The translations under genes were made by a program, and so were the position numbers. This document shows, one piece after another, positions 47,649 through 61,245 of a stretch of 64,000 bases of DNA. Location of the stretch: assembly GCA_044229975.1 (NCBI GenBank), contig JBGARZ010000002.1:64001-128000 (forward strand), in the 5' to 3' direction. The stretch comes from Polyangiales bacterium. GTDB lineage: Bacteria; Myxococcota_A; Polyangia; Polyangiales; Ga0077539. The notes beneath the pieces are model-generated. The model made no database searches. It had not been told where the DNA came from and saw only the letters and a program-made list of their open reading frames with translations. Every line of letters begins with the position of its first letter. Positions within the stretch are counted from its first letter, which is position 1.

Positions 47649-49157
47649 CTATTCGTAGACCCCGTCGAGGCGCCAGCGCGCGGTGATGGGGTCGTACGCG
47701 ACGAGGTAGAGCCCGCCGTCTTCGAGCTCGACGTCGTAGCCGTCGTGGGCGTAGCGCTCGGCCCACCAGTGGCCTTCGACGCGCCACGGCCCGCCGCAGC
47801 GCACCACGCGCCCGCGCACCTCGCCGGCCCTCACGCCCACCAGCTTCCCCCCGCTCAGATGAACCTCTGCCTCGCGTGGCGGGCGAAACACATGCAGCGC
47901 CATGGCGCGCCCGGTGGGAGCGGCGGGTGTTCGCGGGGTGCGCGGCGGATCGAAGGCGGCCATGGCGGCGGCGTAGGGCACGTGCGAGTCGGGCGCGACG
48001 GGTGCGCCCACGCGATCGGCGCCGACGAGGGCGGCGAGGCGGGTGAGCGTGAGGGCGAGGCGTTCGGGCGGCGGGCCGGGCGGGTCGAAGAGTCCGAGCT
48101 GCGTGGCGCGCAACGCGAGCGGGTGGGCCGCGATGCGCAGGGCCCGCACGGCATCGGGCGGCGCCTGCTTCTCCAGCGCGGCGCGCACGAGCGCGAAGAG
48201 CGAGGGGACGTCTCGCGTGGCCGTCGCGAGCGGGATCAAGCGCTCATCGGAGACGCGCGTGGTGAGGTCGAGGGCGAGCACCAGGGAGCCCACGCCGAGG
48301 CCGCGACAGGTGAGCCGGGCGACCAGCGCTTCGAGCACGCGGCGGGTCACGAAGAGCAGCGGCTCGGTGGTGAGCACCTCCCACTCGAACTCCACGCCCT
48401 CCTCGAAGCGCGCGGGCAGGGCCTGGGCGACGAAGGGTCGGTCGTCTTCGCCGCGGGCGAGCCGTACTGCGCGCGCGGCCTCCTCGCCGAGCCGCAGCCC
48501 CGCGTCGCCCACCGGGAGTCGGGCGAGCTCGGCGACCCGCGTGACGCCGTAGCGCCGCAGCGACGCGCGGAGTTCGTCGGTGAGTGACAGCGCCTCCAGG
48601 CCGAGTCGTCCGAGGTAGCGCGCCTCCTCGCCCGCGGGGATCACCGTCACCCCGTCCCGCTTCGACGCCACCGCGGCCACGCCGAGGTTGCTCGCGACGC
48701 CGACGGAGACCTCCAGGCCCACGCGCCGTGGCGCCTCGGTGAGCGCGGCCCCGAGGCCCGCTTCGGTCTCGTACATCCCCGCGAGCTCGCCCGCGTCGAT
48801 CCACACGCCGCGCGGCGCGGGGCAGAGCCGCGCTCCCACCGTGGCGACCGCGTCGAGCAGCGCGGAGCGGGCGCGCTGGAGCACCTCCTCGGACACGCCG
48901 CGCAGCCGAACGTCGGGAGCGACGGCCCGCGCGTGGTGCCCCGTCTGCCCGACCGCGACACCCAGCGAACGCGCCGGCGCCGTGCAGGCCACCACCCGGG
49001 CGGCGCCGTAGCCGGGCGGCAGCGCGCCTCCGCGGGCGGCGTCGGGGGCGACGTCGAGCACCGCGAGGGGGACGAGCGCGAGGTCGGGCTCGACGCGCAG
49101 CAGCGACGAGAGCGCGAGGTCACGCACGCGCACGAAGGCCACGCGGGTGGGCTTCAT
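47649..49157 (-). CDS. imuB: ImuB, inactive Y-family polymerase
   Basis: Y-family fold without the catalytic acidic residues, clamp-binding QLGLF, ImuB C-terminal GPWRVEGHWW...DGYDVE...W.LDG. Confidence 0.9.
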   Translation of the reverse strand: MKPTRVAFVRVRDLALSSLLRVEPDLALVPLAVLDVAPDAARGGALPPGYGAARVVACTAPARSLGVAVGQTGHHARAVAPDVRLRGVSEEVLQRARSALLDAVATVGARLCPAPRGVWIDAGELAGMYETEAGLGAALTEAPRRVGLEVSVGVASNLGVAAVASKRDGVTVIPAGEEARYLGRLGLEALSLTDELRASLRRYGVTRVAELARLPVGDAGLRLGEEAARAVRLARGEDDRPFVAQALPARFEEGVEFEWEVLTTEPLLFVTRRVLEALVARLTCRGLGVGSLVLALDLTTRVSDERLIPLATATRDVPSLFALVRAALEKQAPPDAVRALRIAAHPLALRATQLGLFDPPGPPPERLALTLTRLAALVGADRVGAPVAPDSHVPYAAAMAAFDPPRTPRTPAAPTGRAMALHVFRPPREAEVHLSGGKLVGVRAGEVRGRVVRCGGPWRVEGHWWAERYAHDGYDVELEDGGLYLVAYDPITARWRLDGVYE

Positions 49158-49206
49158 CCAACCCTGTCGACGTCAGCGCACCCGGCCGCCGCGGGTTTGC
49201 CGGGCT

Positions 49207-49938
49207 TCATCCCCTCGTCGCATCACCCCAGCGGATGCCCTCCGTCGACGGTGATCCGCCGCGCAGCCTTCGCACCATGAGCTCACCCACCGCGCCGTCG
49301 AGGAGGCTGGCGCCGCCGACCCATTGCGCGTGCTGGCGTCGCACGCCGAGGCCCACCGCCGCGTAGGCGCCCGGTCGCAGCCGCGGGTCGCCGTCGGTCA
49401 CGATCAGCAGCGCGGTGTTGGCGCGCTCGGCCCGCTGGGTGAGCCGCGCCCACGCCGAAGCCGGGATGCCGCGAGGGAGCGTTCGTGAGGGGGGAGCGCC
49501 CACGAGGTAGAGCGCGACCATCGCGAAGCCGCCGCCGTCGAGGATGAGGTCGGCACACCGGAGCGCGGCGTGGAGGTCGTCGGGACGAACCCACAGGACA
49601 CGCGCCCGCTCGTCGGCCGTGAGGTCATCGGGCTCCAGCGCGTCGGCCACGTCGATGAGCGCCACGGGCTCACCCGACGACGCGGCGTGCGCGAGCAGGT
49701 GCAGCGTGACGGCCATGCGCCCGGACGAGCGCGCCCCCGAGAGCTCGCTGATGCGCCCGCGCGGTAAGCCTCCGCCGAGGGCCTCGTCGAGCCGGGCGAT
49801 GCCCGTGGACACCACCGTCGGGCGCGCGCCGCGGGTGGGCGATCGGGTCGCCGGAACGACGAGGCCGAGGTGCTGCGACGCCTCCGAGAGCGCCCGTCGG
49901 GCGGCGGCGAGGCGGAGGTCGACGGCGGCGGCAGACAT
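49207..49938 (-). CDS. imuA: ImuA, RecA-like protein
   Basis: STGIARLDEALGGGLPRGRISELSG.RSSGR (degenerate Walker A), VLWVRP, WARL...AE. Directly upstream of imuB. Confidence 0.9.
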   Translation of the reverse strand: MSAAAVDLRLAAARRALSEASQHLGLVVPATRSPTRGARPTVVSTGIARLDEALGGGLPRGRISELSGARSSGRMAVTLHLLAHAASSGEPVALIDVADALEPDDLTADERARVLWVRPDDLHAALRCADLILDGGGFAMVALYLVGAPPSRTLPRGIPASAWARLTQRAERANTALLIVTDGDPRLRPGAYAAVGLGVRRQHAQWVGGASLLDGAVGELMVRRLRGGSPSTEGIRWGDATRG

Positions 49939-49959
49939 GCGATGGCTCTATGCGCGATA

Positions 49960-49975
49960 CTGAACAAATGTTCCG
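49960..49975. promoter_or_regulatory. LexA (SOS) box of imuA-imuB
   Basis: Minus strand CGGAAC-ATTT-GTTCAG fits the Myxococcus-type consensus CTRHAMRYBYGTTCAG at 15/16. It lies 21 bp upstream of the imuA ATG. Confidence 0.85.
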
Positions 49976-50027
49976 ATCTCGACAACCCATGGTCGTCGTC
50001 GGGCTCCGGGGTAGAACCTCCGCCTCC

Positions 50028-51596
50028 ATGAACAAGCGCGTGTGTTTCGGGGCGGCGGTGATGGTCTGCGCGGTGGGCGGTTGCGGGATGTTCGGTCAGG
50101 GCGGGGCCACGACGCCCGCGCCGAGCCCATCCCCCACGAGCGGCAGCGCGGCGGCGAGCGCCAGCCCGAGCGCCGATGCGGAGCTCCGGGCGATGGTGAC
50201 CGAAGCGCTCACGCCGCAGCTCTGCCCGAAGCTGCTGGGCTCGTACCTGGGCCTGCCCGGCGAGAGCGACGCGCGCGGCCCCGCCTCCGGGACGGTCGCC
50301 TCGGTGGGTCGTTGGTGGATCCGCCGTTGCGAGGCGCGCACCGTCGGCGACCGCCTGGAGCTGTCCATCGGCGGCTCGGGCTGGACCTGGATCGACCGTG
50401 AGACCAGCGGCTTCCGCGTTCGGCAGTACCTGCTCTTCGACGCGAGCGCCTCGCTCGGCGCGGACGTGACCGTCGGCTACGACCGCGCGCGTCGGGTGGC
50501 CTCGCTGTGGATGACGCCCGCCGCGGGGGTGCAGGCGACCATCACCCCGCGCGGCCTGGTCAACGTCGAGGCGCAGGGCTTCTTCGCGTCGGTGCTCGGC
50601 GGCGTGGCGTCGGTGACGGGCAACTCGGTGAGCGACCGGGCGCGCACGCAGGCGGCCGAGCTCGGCTCGACGCAGCTCCGCGAGAGACTGGGCGCGGGCT
50701 TCACCATGACCGTCGCGCTGGAGCGTCGGCAGGCGGATTTCATGGTGGGGGCGCTGCAACGGGGAGAGGTTCCGGAGCGGCCGTATCCCGCGGCGGAGGG
50801 CGGCGCGTGGCTGGTCAACCAGCGCTCGTCGGTGTGGCCGGGCGGCCTCGACGTGGTGGGTCCGGTGGACACCTCGCAGGCCGCGCTGGGGATGGATGTG
50901 ACGCTGGAAGAGGGCGACGGGGTGGTGATTCGCGCGGTGTGCGCGGAGCCCCTCACGCGCTACTTCGACGCGCGCTTCCGCGACCCGTCGTCGACGCCCG
51001 CGGCCCCGGCGGGGGAGACGCTGATGGAGCTCACGCAGGGGGCGCGCGAGCGGCACCTCACGCTGCCCGCGCAGGTGGCGGGGACGACGTGCCCGATGGT
51101 GCTGACGTTCTCCACGCGCGGGGCGAGCGCGCTGCCGGCGCGCATGCGCTACCGCATCGCGCCGGAGGTGGCGGGCGCGGTGGCGACGCCGAGCGCGCCG
51201 CGTCGGGTGCGCGTGCAGGTGGTGGGCGTCTCGGTGACCCCCAACAACGCCAACGGCCGCGCGTGGGACCTCGTGGGCGGCGAGGCGGATGTGCGGGTGA
51301 TCACGGCGTCGGTTCCGTTGCGTCGCGAGGTCGACCGCACGCCGGTGGTGGCCGACCACAACGACGCGAGCTTCGGGCGGTGGCTGCCGTCGGCCTTCGA
51401 GGTGGGGCGCGACCTGCCGCTGCGGTTCACCGTGGTCGACGACGACACGACGACCGAGGAGTTCATCGGGAGCGCCGATCTGGACGCCGACGCGCTCGCG
51501 CGAGCGACGCCGGAGCTGTCGCTGCCAGTGCGAACATCGGGCGCGATCCCGACGCAGACGGGGACGCTGCGGCTGCGCATCGAGGCGGTGCCCTGA
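50028..51596 (+). CDS. Lipoprotein with C-terminal C2-like domain
   Basis: Lipobox AVGGC. C-terminal RVQVV...AWDLVGGEADVRV...TPVVAD...LRFTVVDDD...EFIGS. Confidence 0.7.
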   Translation: MNKRVCFGAAVMVCAVGGCGMFGQGGATTPAPSPSPTSGSAAASASPSADAELRAMVTEALTPQLCPKLLGSYLGLPGESDARGPASGTVASVGRWWIRRCEARTVGDRLELSIGGSGWTWIDRETSGFRVRQYLLFDASASLGADVTVGYDRARRVASLWMTPAAGVQATITPRGLVNVEAQGFFASVLGGVASVTGNSVSDRARTQAAELGSTQLRERLGAGFTMTVALERRQADFMVGALQRGEVPERPYPAAEGGAWLVNQRSSVWPGGLDVVGPVDTSQAALGMDVTLEEGDGVVIRAVCAEPLTRYFDARFRDPSSTPAAPAGETLMELTQGARERHLTLPAQVAGTTCPMVLTFSTRGASALPARMRYRIAPEVAGAVATPSAPRRVRVQVVGVSVTPNNANGRAWDLVGGEADVRVITASVPLRREVDRTPVVADHNDASFGRWLPSAFEVGRDLPLRFTVVDDDTTTEEFIGSADLDADALARATPELSLPVRTSGAIPTQTGTLRLRIEAVP

Positions 51597-51643
51597 GCGG
51601 GTGGAGGGCGACGTGACGCGTTGCGATGGGGTACGCTCGAACG

Positions 51644-51880
51644 ATGTCAGCTCGCTTCCATTCCCTCGCACAGGCAGCGTTGGAGCTCGATCCCGCCGAG
51701 CGGTTGCAACTCGCGTCGGAGCTGATCGACAGTGTCGAGGGCCCGACCGACCCCGCGTGGTCATCGGCCTGGGCCGCTGAGCTGGAGCGCCGGGTGAGCG
51801 AGGCGGATCAGTCGGGAGAGCGCGGTCGTTCGTGGGACGACGTGCGGGCCGATCTGCTCCGACGCCTGGCCGGAACGTGA
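51644..51880 (+). CDS. Addiction-module antitoxin (TIGR02574-like)
   Basis: ALELDPAERLQLASELIDSV...AWAAELERR...SWDDVR. Confidence 0.88.
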   Translation: MSARFHSLAQAALELDPAERLQLASELIDSVEGPTDPAWSSAWAAELERRVSEADQSGERGRSWDDVRADLLRRLAGT

Positions 51881-52182
51881 CGACGCCGATCCTGCTCCCT
51901 GCGGCAGAGCGGGAGCTGTGGGAGGCGATGGACTGGTACGAGGCGCGTCGCCCCGGGCTCGGGTTGGAGTTTCTGGCGACCGTGGACGCGGCGTTGCGGA
52001 GCATCGGAGAGGCGCCGGAGCAGGTCGCCGCCTGGAGCGAGAACGCACGCTTTCGTCGCCTGGTGCTGCGACGCTTTCCGTACGTCGTCTTCTTCCACAT
52101 GAGGGCGCAGGGACCGGAGATCGTCGCGATCGCGCATTGCAGCCGCGCGCCGGGCTACTGGGCAGCGCGGATGTCGGAGTGA
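51877..52182 (+). CDS. ParE/RelE-family toxin
   Basis: AERELWEAMDWYE...GLG.EF, RR..LRRFPY..F, IVAIAH..R.PGYW. GTGA coupling to the antitoxin. Confidence 0.9.
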   Translation: MTTPILLPAAERELWEAMDWYEARRPGLGLEFLATVDAALRSIGEAPEQVAAWSENARFRRLVLRRFPYVVFFHMRAQGPEIVAIAHCSRAPGYWAARMSE

Positions 52183-52204
52183 ACGGTGACGTGATCGCGC
52201 TGCC

Positions 52205-52507
52205 GTGGCGCATCGAAGCGGCGCCCTGACGGGGATCGACGAACTGACCGCGGCCGAGAAGGCGGCGAAGGCCGTCACCACGGCGCTCGCGGCGGTCGCT
52301 CCGGCGCTCAAGGCCACCGACGGGGCGCGGTCGCGGCGTGACGCACTGGTGCAGCCGTGGGAGACGGCCTTCGCGGCGCTCAAGCGCGGCGCGCGGGCGG
52401 CGGAAGACGACGGGGCGAAGGGGCTCTTCGCGGCGCTGTTCGAGAGCACCGCGACGGTCAGGAAGCCCACGAAGAAGAAGCCGGTCGCGCCGCCTCCGGT
52501 GGCCTGA
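52205..52507 (+). pseudogene. Probable C-terminal remnant of an Ala-rich helical protein
   Basis: Coding-like GC3 begins right at the right-hand direct repeat. No convincing start or SD. Ends in KPTKKKP. Confidence 0.4.
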
Positions 52508-52664
52508 GCAGTCCGTCGTGCCGTGCGCTGGAGAGTCGCGCGCTGACCAGCGATCGCCGTAGTCTCGGACCAGCACATGGCGACGCGAAAGACTCCTGCG
52601 AGTGTGATGCCCGGCGTTCGCCCGGCTGCCGACGTGCCCGTGACGCGCGCGATGCTGCATTGGG

Positions 52665-52916
52665 GTGCGTGACGAGCTTCGTGCGCTCAACGATGCGACC
52701 AACGCTCGCCGCGACGAGATATTTTTCGCCGGGATGCGCGCATCAGTGGACCGCATAGAGACGCTGTTCAAGAGGCAGGAGGCGCGCAACCTCGTGATCA
52801 TTGAAATCCTGCAAGGTCACAACGCCCGCTTCGAACGCATCGAAGCCGGTGTCGAGGAGATGCGTGGGATGTTCCGCGACATCGTCGACCTGCTCCGTCA
52901 ACGACCAGCCACCTGA
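52665..52916 (+). CDS. Small coiled-coil hypothetical protein
   Basis: Heptad-like RFERIEAGVEEMRGMFRDIVDLL, lower GC. Confidence 0.5.
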   Translation: MRDELRALNDATNARRDEIFFAGMRASVDRIETLFKRQEARNLVIIEILQGHNARFERIEAGVEEMRGMFRDIVDLLRQRPAT

Positions 52917-52918
52917 GC

Positions 52919-53287
52919 TCACCTCTCCCGCTCACCTTCCACCAACCGCCGCAGCGCCTCGCCCACCGCTGCGAGGAAATCCCCCATGCACCGCAGCGGT
53001 AGCGGCCCGCCGAGATACCGCCGCGCGGCCTCGACCGCGGGCGCATCGAGAACCCCCGCGAGCCGCGTCTGCGCGGCCCCGTCGAGGCACTCCAGCAGCA
53101 CGTCGGCGAGGGTGTCGGAGTCGATGGCGTTGTCGCCGATGGCACCGCGCATCAGCTCGGAGCTGCGCTCGACGATGCACACCCCACGATCGAGCAGCGC
53201 GTCGAGTCGACCGCCCTTCATCGCCGCGAGAAGCACGCCCGTGCCGGCCGGTCCGCCGCCCGCGATCACCACGCCGTAGCGGTTCAC
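52919..53287 (-). pseudogene. 5' fragment of an FAD/NAD(P)-binding oxidoreductase
   Basis: YGVVIAGGGPAG...VCIVER Rossmann motif, but only about 122 codons before an abrupt stop. Confidence 0.7.
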
Positions 53288-53415
53288 GCGCCCACCTCGC
53301 ACCCTTCGCGAACGACGGCCTCACCATGCGCCGCGCGGTCGAGAAACACCTCCAGCCCCGGGTGATCGCGCAGCGCCGACACCGGCAGCGAGCGCGACGC
53401 CGGGCCGCGCAGGAG
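53284..53415 (-). pseudogene. 3' fragment of a NagB (glucosamine-6-P deaminase)/6PGL-like gene
   Basis: Frame not in the ORF track: LLRGPASRSLPVSALRDHPGLEVFLDRAA...*. Its TGA overlaps the next GTG. Confidence 0.6.
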
Positions 53416-53626
53416 TGACGTGGTCGGCTGCGACGGAGACGAACACCCGATCGGCGGGGCACCACGGCGGGACGCGCGCGACGGCGGCGCGGAGCATCGG
53501 GGTGTGGTCGATCCAGTCGAGGAGGGGCTTCGGTCGGTCGGGGCGGCTCAACGGCCAGAGGCGTCGGCCCGCCCCACCCGCGAGGATCAGCACCGCGACA
53601 TCGGAAGGCGTCAACGCAACGGCCAT
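53416..53626 (-). pseudogene. 5' fragment of mannose-1-phosphate guanylyltransferase
   Basis: AGGAGG SD, then VLILAGGAGRRLWPLSRPDRPKPLL. Similarity ends after about 70 codons. Confidence 0.8.
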
Positions 53627-53823
53627 GGAGGTCCTCCTGCGACGAGAGGACACCGACGGTTGCACGGCGAGGCGGGTCGCGTGGGGCGCCGGGCCGATGA
53701 AGGGACAAGAGGGTGCACCGCCCGACGGCGCGGGACAGGTCGCGGACAACTCGTGCAGGTCGGCGACCGGTCCGTTGCGCGTTTCTTGGCCGCTCCGCGC
53801 GGTCGCGCTACCGGCGAGTCTCC

Positions 53824-54834
53824 ATGGACCGTGCGGGCGCCATCGTCGGACGACGTTACCAGCTTGAGTATTCCGTCGGCGCCGGCGCCATGGCCCGCGT
53901 GTGGTGCGCGACGGACCTCCGCACCAACGAGCGCGTCGCCATCAAGCGCGTGCTGGAGACCGTGCGCGACCGCGCCGACGCGACGTGGCGCTTCCTCGAC
54001 GAGATCCGCGTGACGCGTACCGTGGAGCACCCGAGCGTCGCCGCCGGGCTCGACCACGGGCTCGATGAGGAGGGGCCGTTCCTGGTGTTGGAGTGGGTCG
54101 ATGGGCTCGACGCGCACGCCATCGTGTCGCGCTGTGAGCGGCTCGATCCGGGCGCTGCGGCCGTGGTGGCGCTCGACCTCGCGGACGCGCTGACGGCTGT
54201 GCACTCGCACCGCACCGGCGTGCTCCATCGGGACATCACGCCGGGCAACGTGCTGCTCTCCCGCGAGGGCCGCGCCCTGCTCGCCGACTTCGGCCTCGCG
54301 CGGTGGCTCGCGAGCCCGCGCTCGCAGCCCTCCAACATCGTGGTGGGCAAGCTGGCCTACCTCCCGCCGGAGGTTCTCCGCGGCAAGATGCACGGCGTCC
54401 GCGCCGACCTCTACGGCTTCGGCGCGACCCTCTGGGAACTCCTCTCCGGCCGTCGCCTCTGGGCCCACGTCACCGACCCCGCCGACCGCGCCCGCGCCTG
54501 GATGCGCTCCCCTCGCCTCCCGCTCGCGGACGTCGCTCCCGACGCCCCGGCCCACCTCGCCGCGGTCATCGATCGCTGCCTCGCCATGGACCCGGCCGTC
54601 CGTCCCGCCAACGCCCGCGAGCTCCGCGTCGAGCTCGAGCGCGCTCTCTCGCGCGACCACATCGCTCCCTGCCGCGACGAGCTCGCCTGCTCGGTGTGGG
54701 CCGCGCTCTGCGATCGTCCCGTGGTGGTCGCCACGAAGAGGGTGCGACGCAGCCGCGCCGAGTACGTGACCGTGAGCGCGCTGCCGGTGGTGCCGCAGGC
54801 GATCCGACCGCGGGCCATTGCCGCCGTCGGCTGA
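53824..54834 (+). CDS. Hanks-type Ser/Thr protein kinase (cytoplasmic)
   Basis: GAGAMARV, VAIK, HRDITPGN, DFG, YLPPE, DLYGFG. Confidence 0.93.
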   Translation: MDRAGAIVGRRYQLEYSVGAGAMARVWCATDLRTNERVAIKRVLETVRDRADATWRFLDEIRVTRTVEHPSVAAGLDHGLDEEGPFLVLEWVDGLDAHAIVSRCERLDPGAAAVVALDLADALTAVHSHRTGVLHRDITPGNVLLSREGRALLADFGLARWLASPRSQPSNIVVGKLAYLPPEVLRGKMHGVRADLYGFGATLWELLSGRRLWAHVTDPADRARAWMRSPRLPLADVAPDAPAHLAAVIDRCLAMDPAVRPANARELRVELERALSRDHIAPCRDELACSVWAALCDRPVVVATKRVRRSRAEYVTVSALPVVPQAIRPRAIAAVG

Positions 54835-54837
54835 CGC

Positions 54838-55203
54838 TCAGTGGCGGTAGATGGCGTCGGGTCGGCGCGCTTCGTAGTGCCGCGTGGCCGCGTCGCCGAC
54901 GGCCTTCACTGAAGCAGCGAAGAGCGCAGGCCGCGCCGCCCAGCCCACCAGCGGAACCAACCCCACCACCTCACCGATGGCCTTCATCCCGAGGTTCTTC
55001 ACCGTCGAGAGCCCGATGAGCTTCACGGCTTCCATGTCGTCGATGCGCTCGCCGTAGGCAGCGGCGATGTCCACCACCAGCTTCACCTCCGCGGCGGTCA
55101 CGGCCATGGAGGTTCCCGGCACCGGGATCAACCCGCCGACCCCTGCCCCCGCTGCGTACTTCATCACGAGCTGCTGACAGTGTTCACGCGCGAGCAGGGT
55201 CAT
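54838..55203 (-). CDS. DUF697-like small protein
   Basis: KYAAGAGVGGLIPVPG...LVVDIAAAYG...LVPLVGW...VG.AA..HYE. GGAGG SD. Confidence 0.75.
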   Translation of the reverse strand: MTLLAREHCQQLVMKYAAGAGVGGLIPVPGTSMAVTAAEVKLVVDIAAAYGERIDDMEAVKLIGLSTVKNLGMKAIGEVVGLVPLVGWAARPALFAASVKAVGDAATRHYEARRPDAIYRH

Positions 55204-55234
55204 GGGGCGCCTCCGTGGATGTTGGGTGTCTCGG

Positions 55235-55306
55235 TACGCGGGGCAGGGATCGAACCTGCGACATCCTCCGTGTAAAGGAGGCGCTCTGCCACTGAGCTAA
55301 CCGCGC
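55235..55306 (-). tRNA. tRNA-Val(TAC), CCA not encoded
   Basis: GCGCGGTTAGCTCAGTGGCAGAGCGCCTCCTT-TAC-ACGGAGGATGTCGCAGGTTCGATCCCTGCCCCGCGTA, followed by CCG. Confidence 0.95.
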
Positions 55307-55345
55307 GTCGCGGGGCCCACGGTTGTACCCGCGTGCCCCTTCAGG

Positions 55346-57832
<2,487 letters not shown>

Positions 57833-57874
57833 GGAGGCTCCTGGCGGAGGGGTACAGGGGTCGGTCGGAGGGCC

Positions 57875-59131
<1,257 letters not shown>

Positions 59132-59239
59132 CAGTGCACCGCTTCCTCCACGGCTACGCGCGTGGCTGGGTTTCCGCTGAAAACCGAATCGAGTCTAGAC
59201 GCCGCCCCCCGAAGGGGGCAAGCCAACCGCAGCGATCGC

Positions 59240-59860
<621 letters not shown>

Positions 59861-59862
59861 GC

Positions 59863-61164
59863 TCACGCCTCCTTCGCCGGGGCCGCGTCGCTCGCGGCGG
59901 TCGGCACCTCCGTGACGGTCGCCTTGCTCAACACCAGGTCGAGCACCTTCTTCTCGAGAACCTCGCTGATGAGGAGGTCGCGCTTCTGCTGATCGCGGTA
60001 CTCGACGCGCAGCCGCGGCAGCGCCCGACCCGTCTCCTTCGCCATCTCTTCGAGGCGCGCGTTGAGGTCGGCCTCGGCCACCTGGATGCCGTTGGTGCGC
60101 GCGACCTCGGTGAGGAGGAGACCCGCCCGAACGCGCTGCTCGGCCTCGCTACGAAGAGTGGTCTCCAGGTCGCTACCCTCGGCCGGGAGGCCGCCCATCT
60201 CGCGCATCAGCGACGGCCGGAGCTGACCCAGCACCTGCGTCACCAGCGACGGCGGAACCGGCACCGCGTTGGCAGCCACCAGCTTCTCGATGGCCTCCTC
60301 GCGGACCTCATCATCCGAGCGGTCGTTGAACTGCTTCTGGAGCGTCGCGAGGGTGCTCGCCTTGAGCGCGTCGAGGCTCTCGGCGCCGACATCCTTGGCG
60401 AACTCGTCGTCGAGCTCGGGCAGCACCTTCTCCTGGAGCGTGGTGAGCGTGAGCCGGAACTGGCCCTCCTTGCCCGCGAGCTCCTTCTGACGATGCGTCT
60501 CGGGGAAGGTCACGGGGACCTCCTTCACGTCACCCGGCGACATGCCGCGGAGGCCGTCGTCGATCTCCTTGATGAGGGTGTTCTTCCCGAGCTCGACGGT
60601 GCGGCCCTTGGCGCCGAACTCCGCCATCTCGTTGCCGTCGACCAGGATCGCCACGTCGAAGGTCGCGGTGTCGGTCTCCTGGGCGGGGCGCATCGGCTCC
60701 GGCGTGCGGAGCGTCGCGTTTTCTTCGCGCTTCTGCTGGAGGGCGACGTCAAGCTCCTTGTCGCCGACCGAGTAGACCTTGCGGGTGAGCTGGAGCGCGC
60801 CGAGGTCGATGCCGCTCATGTCGGGGCGCACCTCGATCTGCGCGGTGTACGACCAGGCGGCGGTGCTCAGCAGGTCGCTCTCGGTCTCGACGCGCGGCTG
60901 GCCGATGACCTCGAGCTTCTGCCCGGAGATGGCGCCGGGCAGCGTCTCGTCGATGAGCTTGCGGAAGACGTCGGAGGCGACCTGTCCGCCGAAGTACTGC
61001 TTCAGCACCGGGCGCGGGACCTTGCCCTTCCGGAACCCCCTGATCTGCGCCTCGCGTCCGAGCTTCTGGAACGCTCGGTCGAGCTCTGCATCGACCTTGT
61101 CCTGAGCGAGGACGACGCGGAGCGAGACTTCAACGGGCGAGAGACGCGAGACAGTGACCTGCAT
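59863..61164 (-). CDS. tig: Trigger factor
   Basis: [12 protein letters not shown]-like middle domain, ELDDEFAK. Canonical tig-clpP-clpX-lon order. Confidence 0.96.
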   Translation of the reverse strand: MQVTVSRLSPVEVSLRVVLAQDKVDAELDRAFQKLGREAQIRGFRKGKVPRPVLKQYFGGQVASDVFRKLIDETLPGAISGQKLEVIGQPRVETESDLLSTAAWSYTAQIEVRPDMSGIDLGALQLTRKVYSVGDKELDVALQQKREENATLRTPEPMRPAQETDTATFDVAILVDGNEMAEFGAKGRTVELGKNTLIKEIDDGLRGMSPGDVKEVPVTFPETHRQKELAGKEGQFRLTLTTLQEKVLPELDDEFAKDVGAESLDALKASTLATLQKQFNDRSDDEVREEAIEKLVAANAVPVPPSLVTQVLGQLRPSLMREMGGLPAEGSDLETTLRSEAEQRVRAGLLLTEVARTNGIQVAEADLNARLEEMAKETGRALPRLRVEYRDQQKRDLLISEVLEKKVLDLVLSKATVTEVPTAASDAAPAKEA

Positions 61165-61209
61165 GGAACGCTGTGCCTCAACAGAAGGTGATGGGTGACG
61201 GGGCCGCGG

Positions 61210-61237
61210 ACTCTAACGAGGGGTGCCCCTGTGTCAA
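61210..61237 (-). promoter_or_regulatory. sigma70-like promoter of tig
   Basis: TTGACA-N16-TAGAGT. Confidence 0.6.
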
Positions 61238-61245
61238 GCGTGCGT

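Larger units (their letters stand above)
51565..52229 (+). repeat. Imperfect 32-bp direct repeat (51565-51596 / 52198-52229) flanking the TA pair
   Basis: CGCTGCGGCTGCGCATCGAGGCGGTGCCCTGA vs CGCTGCCGTGGCGCATCGAAGCGGCGCCCTGA, 27/32 identical. Confidence 0.75.

Noticed and set aside
51630..51643. GGTACGC match to the tRNA-Val 3' end as an att site
   Set aside because: Only about 7 bp, better explained as the antitoxin -10 element.
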